Shown piece after piece: positions 48,757 to 60,367 of a stretch of 64,000 nucleotides of DNA. The stretch's first letter is position 1. The number at the start of each line of letters is the position of its first letter. Under the pieces are notes generated by a model, which saw nothing but the letters and a program-made list of their open reading frames with translations, searched no databases and was not told where the DNA came from. Made by a program: the position numbers and the translations under genes. This stretch comes from Lama guanicoe (Eukaryota), in contig MU053911.1 of assembly GCA_013239625.1 (NCBI GenBank), forward strand, positions 60,697 to 124,696. The letters run 5' to 3'.

Positions 48757-49451
48757 TGTTTTAGTTCATTTGGGCCGTGTCTTAGTCCGTGTGACTGCTT
48801 TAACAGTATCAGGGACTGGGTGGCTTAAACAATAGAAATTTACTTCTCACAGTTCTGGGGGCTGGGTGTTTGGCATCATGGTGGTGCGAGGGCCCTCTTC
48901 TGGGCTTCACGCTTCTTTTTGCATCCTCACATGGTGGAAACGGCAAGGAGCCTGCTCAGGCCTCTTTTGTGGGGGGCTGATCTCGCTCGTGCAGTCCCTG
49001 CCCTTGTGCCCTGATCACATCCCGCAGGCTCTCCTTCCTGATGTGACCACAGGGGCATTAGGGTTTCAGCACAGGAGTTCAGGGGGAGGAGCACGACGCT
49101 GAGACCACGACAGGCTTCCGTGGCAAAGCAGCACTGGTGAGCAGCTTCAGTGACACTCACTTCTCCCGTCTCTGGGGCTGAGAAGTCCCAGGTCAGGGCA
49201 CTGGCAGGTTTCGTGCTCAGTGGAGACCCGATTCCTGCTTCCTGGCTGGCCGCCATCCTGCTGTACCTTCCATAGCAGAACGGCCGGGGAGCTCTCTGGA
49301 GTCTCTTTTATGAGGATGCTGACCCCATTCATGAAGATGCTATCCCCATGACCTGTTCACCTCCCAAAGGCTCCACCTCCAAATACCATTACACTGGGGA
49401 TTTGATTTCAGTATATGAATTTTGGGAGGTACAGATATTCAGTCTGTAGCA
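48757..49451 (-). mobile_element. Two nested MLT1A/B-like LTRs (inner copy about 48778-49111)
   Basis: Outer tgttttagttcatttgggccg is interrupted by tgtcttagtccg...ccacgaca, then continues to attcagtctgtagca. Confidence 0.7.
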
Positions 49452-49707
49452 GGTCATGTCATTTAGATCATTTCTTCTGAATTTAAAGTGAGATTTCCTG
49501 TATAGGTATACTGCAGATTTAACGAGAATTTTAAAGGAATTTATTTCCCTCCTTCAAATCTCCATTATGAACTATCACTAATCTAGGCCACTTTACAGAG
49601 ATCAGTGGAAGCTAAAATGTGACTTGCTTAGGGTTAGAGAACAAATGGGTAATGAAATCTGAACTGCAAACATGGTTCTTTGAATCCTGCTCAGCATTTG
49701 CAGTTGT

Positions 49708-49916
49708 GGTTGATCTTGAACAGCACGGGTTTGTACTGCAAGGGTCCACTTGCACATGGACTTTTCTCAGTAAATACGTCCTGTAGTGGTACACGGTCTG
49801 TGCTTGGTTGGATCTGTGGATGTGGAATCACGTATACAAAGGACTGACTGTAAAGTTCTATGTGGGTTTTCCACGGGGTGAGTGCCCCTACCCCGACGTT
49901 GTTCAAGGGTCAACCG
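49708..49916. mobile_element. Tigger2-family MITE (about 210 bp)
   Basis: TIRs ggttgatcttgaacagc / gttgttcaagggtcaacc. Confidence 0.75.
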
Positions 49917-50042
49917 TTGTGAAAATGCATTTAGTTTTGCTTCCTTAGGCAGGAATGGACATTAGAATCAGTTGATACTGTTATCTATCTGTCCAAGTAA
50001 TTATAATGCTTATAAAATGTTTTAATAACTCTTATAAAATTT

Positions 50043-50102
50043 TGTCTTTTACATGATCTAGACATGTAGATCTACATGTCTTCTACATGTCTTTTACATG
50101 AT
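50043..50102. repeat. 22-bp perfect palindrome bracketed by a 15-bp direct repeat
   Basis: agacatgtagatctacatgtct at 50060-50081; tgtcttttacatgat at 50043-50057 and 50088-50102. Confidence 0.9.
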
Positions 50103-50339
50103 TTTTTTTTTTGGTTTGTTTTGTTGTTTTTTTGTTTTTGGTTACTGATTAGTTGGGGTATAGATTGGATTTTGCAATCAAAGAGAACAGAGTTTTTGGA
50201 ATAATTCAACTCACTCGTAACTAGACTAATTATAAGTTAATTGTATTTATTCTTTGTTTTGTTAATGTGGTATATTGCATTGATTGATTTCTGGTTGTTA
50301 AACCATTCTTGCGTGTCTGTTTAGAATCCCACTGGTTCA

Positions 50340-52245
50340 CTTAAAGTATTTTGAGTTCAAACTCTTTCAGGTTGTTCATCTCTGTTTTATTGAGGTCTTT
50401 TTCTGGGGATTTGCCTTGGTCTTTGGTGCTAAACGTACATTCCTCTGTCTCTTTGTTTGTTTGCCTGTTGCTCTGCGTTTGTATCTATCAGGTGAAATGA
50501 CTACCTCCTGCAGTCCTGAAGGAGTGATCTTGTGTAGGAGCTGTTCTGTGTGGCCTAGAAGCACAACCTTCCCGGGCCACGAGAGTCAGGCTCTTCATGG
50601 GCATCTCTCATGTGGACTGTGTGCGTACACCAGCTGTGACAGGGCCAAGGCTGGTGTGCAGAGGGGGCCGGGGTTGAGTCACTTGTCCGTCCTGGTTGTG
50701 GCTAAGTCTCTGCGAGGGGCGAGTGTGGCCTGGGGCCCTTGCCTGGCCCAGCTGTGCCAGTTGGCTACATGGAGAGGGAGGGCTCAGAACACTTGGCTGC
50801 CAGGCTCTGTGCGGGAGCTGCTGGATTAGCTCTTGAAATGCCCATGTTACTGAGCGTTCCAAGAAGGGGAGTCTCGTTTAACATCCAGTTTCAGGTTGGT
50901 TTAATGCCAGGCCCTCAGGTAGCAGCTTGTAAAATACGGAGACACATACCATGCTGTGGAGTCACAGTGGTAATTCCAGCTGGCCTCCAGCCCCCGGGGT
51001 CTGGAGATGTCCTCTGGGCGCCAGCTGGACAGAGCAGGGCTCCTGGTAAGTGCATGAAGTCCTTCCTGGGGAGTCTTGTCCAGCTGCAGTGAGGCCAGGG
51101 GAACGCAGGCACGGTTTCCCTGATTCCATTCCCTGGGAGTGTGTCCTTGGCCTCTGGAAGTGTGGGAGGCCTGAAGCCGGTCCCTCAGGTGTAGCTCCAG
51201 GCTGAGTAAATAGGCCTTTTTCAGCTGAGAGGTTTGTGTTTTGGTCAGCTATCCCTGCAGTGCCCTGAGGGTGGTGGCCTGCCAAGGACTCTCCTTCCAG
51301 CTGTTACAGTCCCATGGAGAGGAGGAGCCCAGTCCCTCCAGGGGCGTTGCTTGTGTGGGTTGAGCACCTCCCTGACTGACCAGGTGGCTGGGGAGTGTGG
51401 GAGCGGGGCGCTCTGGCTCCGGGAAGGTAGCGGGCGGGTGAGCTCGCAGAGCCATGCGGCCAGAGAGCCCCTTAGGCCAGGCTGCGCGGTGGGGGGGAGG
51501 CAGGGGGCGGTTGTCACCTGCTGGCAGATTAGGTAAGGCGCAGGGGAATGCTGTTGCCGTCTGCTCCTGCCCACCCTCGCCAGGGTCGGGCCGCTCCGGC
51601 TGCAACAGTGCGGTGGGGGTGCTGCTGGCTGGCGCACCCCCGCACCCGAGCCCTGCGGCCTGCCTGGGGCCAGGTGGGGAGGGCAGAGCGGTGCCTGCCC
51701 GTGCTTCTGCTTCCTGGGCAGCGTTCCTGCTGTCCAGCACCCCTCCAGCTAATGCTTTTAGGTTTGAAAATGACCCCCTTTCACATAGAGTCTTGGCAGT
51801 TTTCAAACTGCTGTTATTTCCTTGGGTCTCCAGGTGAGTGAGACCACAGGTGAACCGTGTAACAGAGGGCCTCATTTCTATAGCATTTGATACCCCTGGC
51901 TTTCTGAGCCAGGCATCTCAGGGTTCCTCTCTCTGGTGTAGATCCCAGGCACTGGGGGCCTGATGTGGGCACCAGTGCCTTGCTCCTCTGGGAAGAGCAT
52001 CTGTCTGCTGAGGTTCCTCTCTGTTGCGTGCTGTCAGGCTGGGGTGGGGTTTTTGGCAGCAGTATTTCTCCACCTCTCCTGCCTCTCTCCATGTAGTCCT
52101 TTTTATTCTTTGTTGTGGAGTGTGTTTGGCTAGTCCTCAGGTCCTTTTCAGAGGGAACTGATCTGTATGTAGGTGAATATTTCTTGACTCCGTGGGAGGA
52201 GATAAGTTCAGGCTCTTCCTGTGCCCCATCTTGAACCTCCTTCCC
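50340..52245 (-). mobile_element. GC-rich L1 5'UTR and ORF1-start region
   Basis: Terminus gggaggagataagttcaggctcttcctgtgccccatcttg is related to 46850-46890; explains the cluster of spurious GC-rich ORFs. Confidence 0.65.
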
Positions 52246-53380
52246 TGTAGATGGGTTTTTCTCTTAAGAGGAAGTCTCATTTTCCTGTTTCTTCAGATTC
52301 AAATAATTCTTAATTGCATCTTGGATATCAGAAATATCATCTTGTTGAAACTCTGGATTCTGCTTTATTCTTCTTACGATTGGTACTATTTTTGTTTGTT
52401 TTCTTTTAATATATTATTAACATGATTGGGTGCAAAATGAAAATTCTGTATTTAGGCAGCAGCTCAAATTGCATTTCAGTTCTAGCTCTTGCTAGGTGGC
52501 TTAGCATCTTCCCCGTGTGTATGTGGGCAAGGGGTCAGGAGGTTTGTGGGAATGGTTTGGGGCTTCCTCTCTGTGGATCCTTTCTTTGTGTGACTTCCCC
52601 TGAACCTTCCCAATGCTTGTGATCGCCTTGAATTCTGTCCGCTGGTTTTAAAGTTCTGAAAACTCAGTTTTTTTTTAAAAATCAGCTATTATGTACCCTG
52701 CCTGGGTCGGACAGGGCTTTCCCTCAGACTAGAAGCCGGGAATCTCTAAGACTCTTACGTAGGACTGCCTCCTCTTCCAAGAGTCGCCTTCGCTCAGGAA
52801 TCTGCCTTCTCTTGGTCACTTTCTAGTGTTGATATTTGTATTTTGTTTAGAGGTTTTGGTGGTTACGTGTGGCAGGGTTTGTCCAGTAGGGACTTACTCT
52901 CCTATACAAGGATCAGAACTAGGGACTTGAGATATGGTTTCTCAAACTGTTGTCCATCTGGATGGAGAATCCTTGAGACTTTCCATGTATAATAGAATCT
53001 ACTCATTCTCGCAAAATCAGAACTGTGTTTCTTTTAAGGACTCTCTTTTATGAACTCTCTTCTTTTATGTTAAGAGAAGAATTGCTTCTTAAAATTTGAG
53101 ATGTTTGTATTTAAATATTTTAGGCCTTGAGAAAAGGAGAAATGAAATGTTTAATTTATGATAGTTACAATTTCCCACATTCAAGGTCAGCTTTCCTCTG
53201 GAAAAGCAATAAAAAGCTATAGCTACAGAAGGTGTCCAGCATTGTGCCTGAGAAGTGTGCAGTAAGTGTGTGTGCTCAAATGATCATCTTGGCTTTCTGT
53301 GGGTTTTAGAAAGGTGACAGTTATGATAGTAGTAAAGCAAGATACCAAATAAATACGTTTCCCCTCATATTATATCCTAG

Positions 53381-53446
53381 AAAGCAACACTTGCTCTGGA
53401 AATTGAGAACAAAGTCCTCCGGGAACAACTGCAACTAGCTTTACAG
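53381..53446 (+). CDS. CCDC7: CCDC7 coding exon (66 nt, phase 0-0): KATLALEIENKVLREQLQLALQ
   Basis: tcctag|AAA...CAG|gtaaaa; recalled human ...LEIENKVLQEQLKQALQ. Confidence 0.9.
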
Positions 53447-53739
53447 GTAAAAGATATCATGTTCCTTTAAAATTGTTAACAAGTGAAGAAAATATCTATA
53501 AAGAACTTTTAAAATGAATTTTGACCTTGTAAACTAACAGGTCTCCATTGTGTTATTTTAACAGGTTTAAAGTGTACTCATTTTGTGCAATAGAAATATA
53601 TTACTAAAATTTAATATTTATTCTTCCCAAAACAGCTGAAAGTAATGTTATCTTGCTTATTAATCAAACTAAAGAATTCTATTTCAAACTGAGACAATAT
53701 TCTATGTAAAAGTAGAATACTGCAGCCTTTCCAGTTAAA

Positions 53740-55545
53740 CTTGGTTAAACTAGGATGTTGGTTCTTATGGCTTTTTTTCAAATTCTTACTAAATAATAAA
53801 ACAAGAAATGAAAGAAGCTACATTTTCTTAAGTGTATAGGTGAAAGTAAAATGATTTGTGTATTATATAATTTTTCTTCTGAGAAATGCAAGGTAATACA
53901 TGAGTTTATTAGTGACATAGTTCAAGAAATTAGCTGGGGACAGAAGCAATATAAAAAAGCAATAGGCTTTCTTTTACAGAAACAATTTAGAAACCATAAT
54001 AGAAAAAATTCTATTTGTAATATTAGTATATCATATTTAACAAAAACACACAGTTTTATATGAAGAAAAATATTATGAGGATTATAGATAAATAGTGAAG
54101 AAATAGACATTTATACTTTTGGTTTTGAAGTCTCAATATTAATATTTCAATTTTCCATTTTCTTCAAATTGACAAATGTAAAGCAATTTATTTCTAGATA
54201 TAAGAGGGACTGTTTCTGAGCTTTACCAAATTGTTATAGGATATATTGAGATAAGAAACTGGTGATTTTCCAAACAACAGTTAGGGAGGATTTGTTCATC
54301 CAAAAACCAATGTAAAATATAAAAATACAATAAGTAAAGCAGTGTGACTCTGGATTTGGTACTGAATGGAGTCCAGAAACAGATTCAAATGAATATAATA
54401 ACTTAGTATTTTACAGTTAGTTATTAAAATTTGTTCATAGAAGGATAAAATAATCACAAAAATAAAGTACTATGAAAAGATTGTTGAGTTCTAGTTCTTG
54501 TAGAACATATCATGTAGTGCACTACAGTGAGCTGCAGATTGGTTTAAGGTCCAGAAGTAATAAATGAACTATCAAGATATTGGAAGAAACACTGGGTAAC
54601 AATTGTGTGGTCTTGGCTACAGCAGTGCTTTCTAAGCATTATTCCAGAAAGGAATATGTTAATGTATTTAGCTGTATATAAATGTAAAACTTTTTATGGT
54701 TAAAAAACTCATGAGATACAAAGATAAATGGAAATTTTTACAAAATGTCTCATATAAAGATCTCTTACAGTCTACAGGAGATATGGGTGGCCTTCCTTGT
54801 AAATAGACAAAGGACACAAATAGGCAGGTCACAGTCGAGGAACACCAGGAAGACGCATGCAAGTATATTCCGCCTTACTAGTTACCAAATAATCACAACT
54901 TAAAATAACAGAGGGATAGATTTTTTTTACTTACCATTTTGGTAGAAATTTAAGGAACAGAAATATCTAATATTTTCAGATTTATGCTGAAATCAGCTGT
55001 CTTTCACATGCTTCTGAGTATGAATTAATAACTTTTCTCAAAGAAAATTATATAGCAAAAGTCCTAGAAAGACAGTCTTTCAGTGAACCATTCCACTTCT
55101 AAAAAATTTATTGTAAAGAAGAAAAAAGTGTACAGACATTATGTACAAGTATGTAGAATATAAAATTTTAATAGCAAAGTTTAAAAAATTAGCAGTATGT
55201 CCATTGATAAGAAATTCGCTAAATAAAGGTATGATACTAAAATGTATTAGCTCTTCTGATTGGGGTGTATATTTATCATCATGGAAACGTATCTGTGACA
55301 TTATTTAATGAAAAGAGCATATTATGCTAGTATGTATAGTGTGATCCAATCTAGACAACAATTTAAAACTATATATGTACATATATGCATTAGCTATATT
55401 TAGAAATAATTAAATAAAAAGAATATACATCAAGGAGTCAGCAGTGAGTTTTCTGTTTGTGGTGAGATTGTGAACTCTTCTGTTGATCTGTATGTTCTTT
55501 CATACAAATAACTTGTTAATTTTGTATAACTAAACATTAAAAGTG
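53740..55545 (+). mobile_element. Very old L1ME-like remnant
   Basis: A-rich degenerate ORF2-end and 3'UTR text (aatggagtccagaaacagattca; atgtccattgataagaaatt). Confidence 0.5.
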
Positions 55546-55903
55546 ACATTTTAAAGAAAAATTCCAGTGTAGAAGAAATTATTTTTCATGTTTTATTTTA
55601 TTATTTGACATAGATCTTAATTATGCTGGGTACATTCTATCACCTTTTATAATGTATGCATTTTATTAACTTTTATTGTGCCTGTGTAATAGTTAAAACC
55701 TTAAAAAAAATAATGGCAGAGAGAACCTCTTCAGTATAAAAATAGCCCTTTAAGTGAAAGAGATTTTTTATAGGTTTAAATTTTGATGGATCTGCTAAAC
55801 TATGGATTATACCAGTGGTTTAACTTAGCTTACTCCAACTCTGTAAAAATAAAATTGAGAAGTAGGGTGAGTATGAATGTATGAAGATTCCTGAAAATTG
55901 TAA

Positions 55904-56194
<291 letters not shown>

Positions 56195-56494
56195 TAACCA
56201 AAATAGAAGCATTAATATGTGCTGGAAGGAGTTTATCTTTTATATTAATTTTTATGTTATTTGTATATTATTTTAAAAAATTCTCTGGTTTTTTTTTTGC
56301 TTGGAATTTTGCCTTTTGCCTTCTGGATGTATCAGTTCATTATTGTCTTGAGTATAAATCTGTAAATCAAATACATACTGATTTTTGTAGTTTTTTTCAT
56401 ACAAATATTTGCATCTTATTTTCAGGACAGTTGATCCAATATAGAATTGTCATTGATAAAATAATGTTTTATTTTAAAACATTTATTTATCTGT

Positions 56495-59400
56495 TTTGAT
56501 TGCTGTAGCTTTGAAACATTGTTTGAAATCAGAGAGCATGATGCCTCCAGCTTTGTTCTTCTTTCTCAAGATTGCTTTTACTATTCAGGGTCTTTTGCAG
56601 TTCCACACAAATTTCAGATTGTTTCTTCTGTTTCTGTGAAAAATGCCACTAGAAATATGATAGGGATTGCATTGAATCTATAGACTGCTTTGGATAGGAT
56701 GGACATTTAGCATCGTTAATTCTCCCAGTCAGCAAGCATGGGACCCCTTTCCGTTTGTTTGTGTTGTCTCCCATCAGTGTCGTGCAGGTTCCAGATGCAG
56801 GGCTTTCACCTCCTTGTTTATGTTTATTCCTAGAAATTGTAGTCTTTTTGTTGGAATTGTAAATGGAATTGTTTTCTTAATTTCTCTTCTGAATGGTTAA
56901 CTTTTAGTGTATAGAAATACAGTAGATCTCTGTTTGTCAATTCTGTATCCTGTAACTTTGTTTATTGGTTCTAACAGATTTTTGGTGGGGTCTTTAGGGT
57001 TTTCTATATCATGTCATCTGCCAGTAGTGACAGATTTGTTTCCTCCTTTCCAACTTAGGTGCCTAATTTTATTTCTTTTCTTGCCTAATTGCTCTGGCTA
57101 GGACTTATAATAATATGTTGGTAAAAGTGGCAAGAGGGGACATCCTTTTCTTGTTCCTAATCTTAGAGGAATTGCTTTTAGCTTTTCACCGCTGAATGAT
57201 GTAATCTGTGTGTTTGTCATACATGGCTTTTTTTATGTTGACTACATTCCCTCTGTACCCGCTTTGTTGAGAGCTGTTTTTTTTTATTATTATGAATGAA
57301 TGTTGAATTTTATGAAATGTTTTTTTGCAGCTATTGAGATGATTATACAATATTTATTCTTTATTTTGTTAATGTGGTATATTACATTGATTGATTGTGG
57401 CTATTGAACCATTTCTGCATCCTTTTTAGAAATTCCGCTTGATCATGATGTCTGATCTTTTTAATATATTGTTGAATTGGTTTGCTCGTATTTTGCTGAG
57501 AATTTTACATCTATGTTAATCAGGAATATCTGTCTGTAATTTTATTTTCTTGTAGTGTCCTTGTCTGGTTTAGGTATCAAGGTAATGCTGGCTTTGTAAA
57601 ATAAATTAAGTATTCTCTTCTGTTCTACTTTTTGGAAGAGTTTGAGAAGGATTGATATTAATTCTTCTGTGAATATTTGGTGAAATTCTCCACTAAAGTG
57701 TCCTGGTTCTGGACTTTCTTGTTCATAGGGAGTTTTAAAAATTACTGACTCAATATTATTAATAGCTGTAGTCTGTCAGTTCAGATATTGTTTTTCATGA
57801 TTCAGTCTTAGAAGGTTGTATGTTGTAGAAATTTGTTTATTTATTCTAGATTGTCCATCCTGTTGGCATATAATTGTCATAGTCCTCTTTTCTGATCCTT
57901 TATATCTCTGTGATACCAGTTACAACATTTCTTTTTTTCCCCTGATTTTATTTTTATGAACTTTATTTTTTTTCTTTGTGAATCTAGCTAATTGTTAATT
58001 TTGTTTCTCTTTTAAAGAACTAGCTCTTGGTTTCATTGATTTTGTTGTTGTTTCTTTAGTCTCCATTTCATTTATTTCTGCTATGATCTTTGTTCCTTTC
58101 TACTACTAAACTTGGACTTTTTGGTTATTTTTCTAGTTCCTTTAGATATACATTTATAGTATTTGAGATTTTTCTTCTTTGTGAGGTAGGCATTTATTAC
58201 TATGAATGAAAGTTCCTCATTAATTTCACTGCATCCCATGTTTCAGCATGTTGTATATTCATTTTCATTTGTCTTAAGGTATTTTTTGATTTTGGTTTTG
58301 ATTTTTGTTGGAATATTGGTTTTTAAGTAGCATGTGGTTTAATCTTCACATATTTGTAAAATTTCCAGTTTTCTTCTTGTAATTGATTTGTAGTCATACT
58401 GTTGTGGTTGGAAAAGATGCTTAGTAAGATTTTAATGATTTTAATCTACCTAAATTTGTTTAAACTTGTTTTGTTGCCTAGCATATAATCTATCCTGGAG
58501 AATGTTCTGTGTGCACTTGGGAAGAATTTGTGTCCTGTTTCTTTTGGATGGAATGTTCTGTGTATATCTCTTCAGTTCATCTGGCTTAACATATCATTTA
58601 AAGACAAATGCCTTCTTACTGATTTTTAGTCTGGTTGGTCTATCTATTGATGTAAGTGGAGTATGAAAGACGCCTACTATTACTGTATTGCTTTATATTT
58701 CTCCCTTTAGGTCTGTTAATAGTTGCTTTGTATATTTATTGCTCCTATATCGGGTGCATAGTGTTATATCCTCTTGTTGGAATGACCCCTTTACCATTAT
58801 GTAATGCCCTTCTTTGTCTCTTATTACAGTGTCAGTTTCAAATTTTATGTGTCTCATCAAAGTATAGCTACTCTAGCTTTCATTTGGTTTCTACTTGCAT
58901 GGAATGTCTTTTGCATCCCTTCATCTTCGGTGTGTGAGCGTCTTTAGGTTTGAAGTGAGTCTCTTGTAGGCAGCTTATAGATGGTGGTTTTTTTAATCCA
59001 TTCAGCCACTCTTGTTTTTTTGATTGGAGAATTTAATTTATTTATATTTAAAGTGATTATTGATAACAGTCTACTTTAAGTTGATAACAACTTCAGTGTA
59101 AACATATTGTAAAGCTCTACATTTTTACTCTCCTTCATATTTCATGTTTTTGACGTCACATTTTACATCTTTTTATCTTGTGTATCCCTTAACTAATGAT
59201 CGTGGTTGTAATTATTTTTTATTTTACCTTTGATTTCTAACCTTTACACAGCTTTATAAGGGACTCATCCTCTACCTTTACTGTATATTAACCTTTACCA
59301 GTGAGATTTACACTTTCACATATTTTCTTGTTACTTTTCTTTTCCGTTTAAAGAAATCGCTTAACATTTCTTGTACGTCTTGTTTAGTGGCAGTGAACTC

Positions 59401-59723
59401 CTTTAGCTTTTGCTTGTCTGGAAAACTCTATCTCTCCTTTAATTCTGAATGAAAACTTTGCCTTTAGAGTATTAGGTGGAAATTTTTTTCTTTCGGCACT
59501 CTAAGTATATTCTTCCACTCTATTCTGGCCTGTGACATTTCTGCTGAAAATCTTTTATTGAGAGTCCTTTGTACTTAACAGGTTGTTTTTCTCTTGCTGC
59601 TTTTGAGATTCTCTCCTCATCTTTAACTTTTGACATTTTAATTATAACATGTCCTTGTGTGGGTCTCTTTGAGTTCACTTTATTTTGAATTCTCTGGACT
59701 TCTAGATGTGTGTGTGTGTCTGT

Positions 59724-59756
<33 letters not shown>

Positions 59757-60330
59757 TTTTTATTGAAGTGTAGTCAGTTTACAATGTTGTGTCAGTTTCT
59801 GGTGTACAGCACAAAGCTTCAGTCATACATGAACATATTTGTTTTCATATTCTTTTTCACCATAAGTTAGACTTCCTGGGTCTAGATGTCTGTTCCTTTT
59901 CCCAGGCTAGGGAAGTTTTTATCCATTATTTCTTCACATAAGTTTTCTACTTTTTCTCTCTCCTCCTTCTGGGACTCCTTTAATGTGAATGTTCGTCTAC
60001 TTGATACTGTCCTGTTAGTCCCTTAAGCTAGCTTCACGTTTTAAAAAATTTGTTTTCTTTTTGCTGCTCTGATTGGGTGAGTTCCTCTGCCCTGTCTGAG
60101 GTCACTTATCCTCTTGGCTGCTTTATCTAGTGTGCTCTTGAGCCCCTCTAGTGAATTTTTCAGTTAAGTTATTGTATTCTTCAGCTCTGTGACATCTGTT
60201 TGTAGTTTTCTTACATTTTCTGTGTCTTTGTTGAAGTTCTTACTGTGTTCATTCATTTTTTCTCCAGAGTTTGGTGAACATTATTATAACCTGTACTTTG
60301 AACCCTTTGTCAGGTATTATCTCTGTTTCC
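56495..60330 (-). mobile_element. Antisense L1 (mid-ORF2 to ORF1) with a nested short L1 3' end at about 59757-59870
   Basis: ORF1-like KRPTQGHVIIKMSKVKDEERISKAAREKQPVKYKG (59520..59741 -); continuous ORF2 text. Confidence 0.85.
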
Positions 60331-60367
60331 TTAATTTTTTTCTTTTTTTTTTTCCTTTCCTCATTTT

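Noticed and set aside
50416..52092. Longest ORF (208 aa, 51249..51875 -) and its neighbours
   Set aside because: GC-rich repeat-derived sequence with low-complexity A/P/G composition and no recognisable domain
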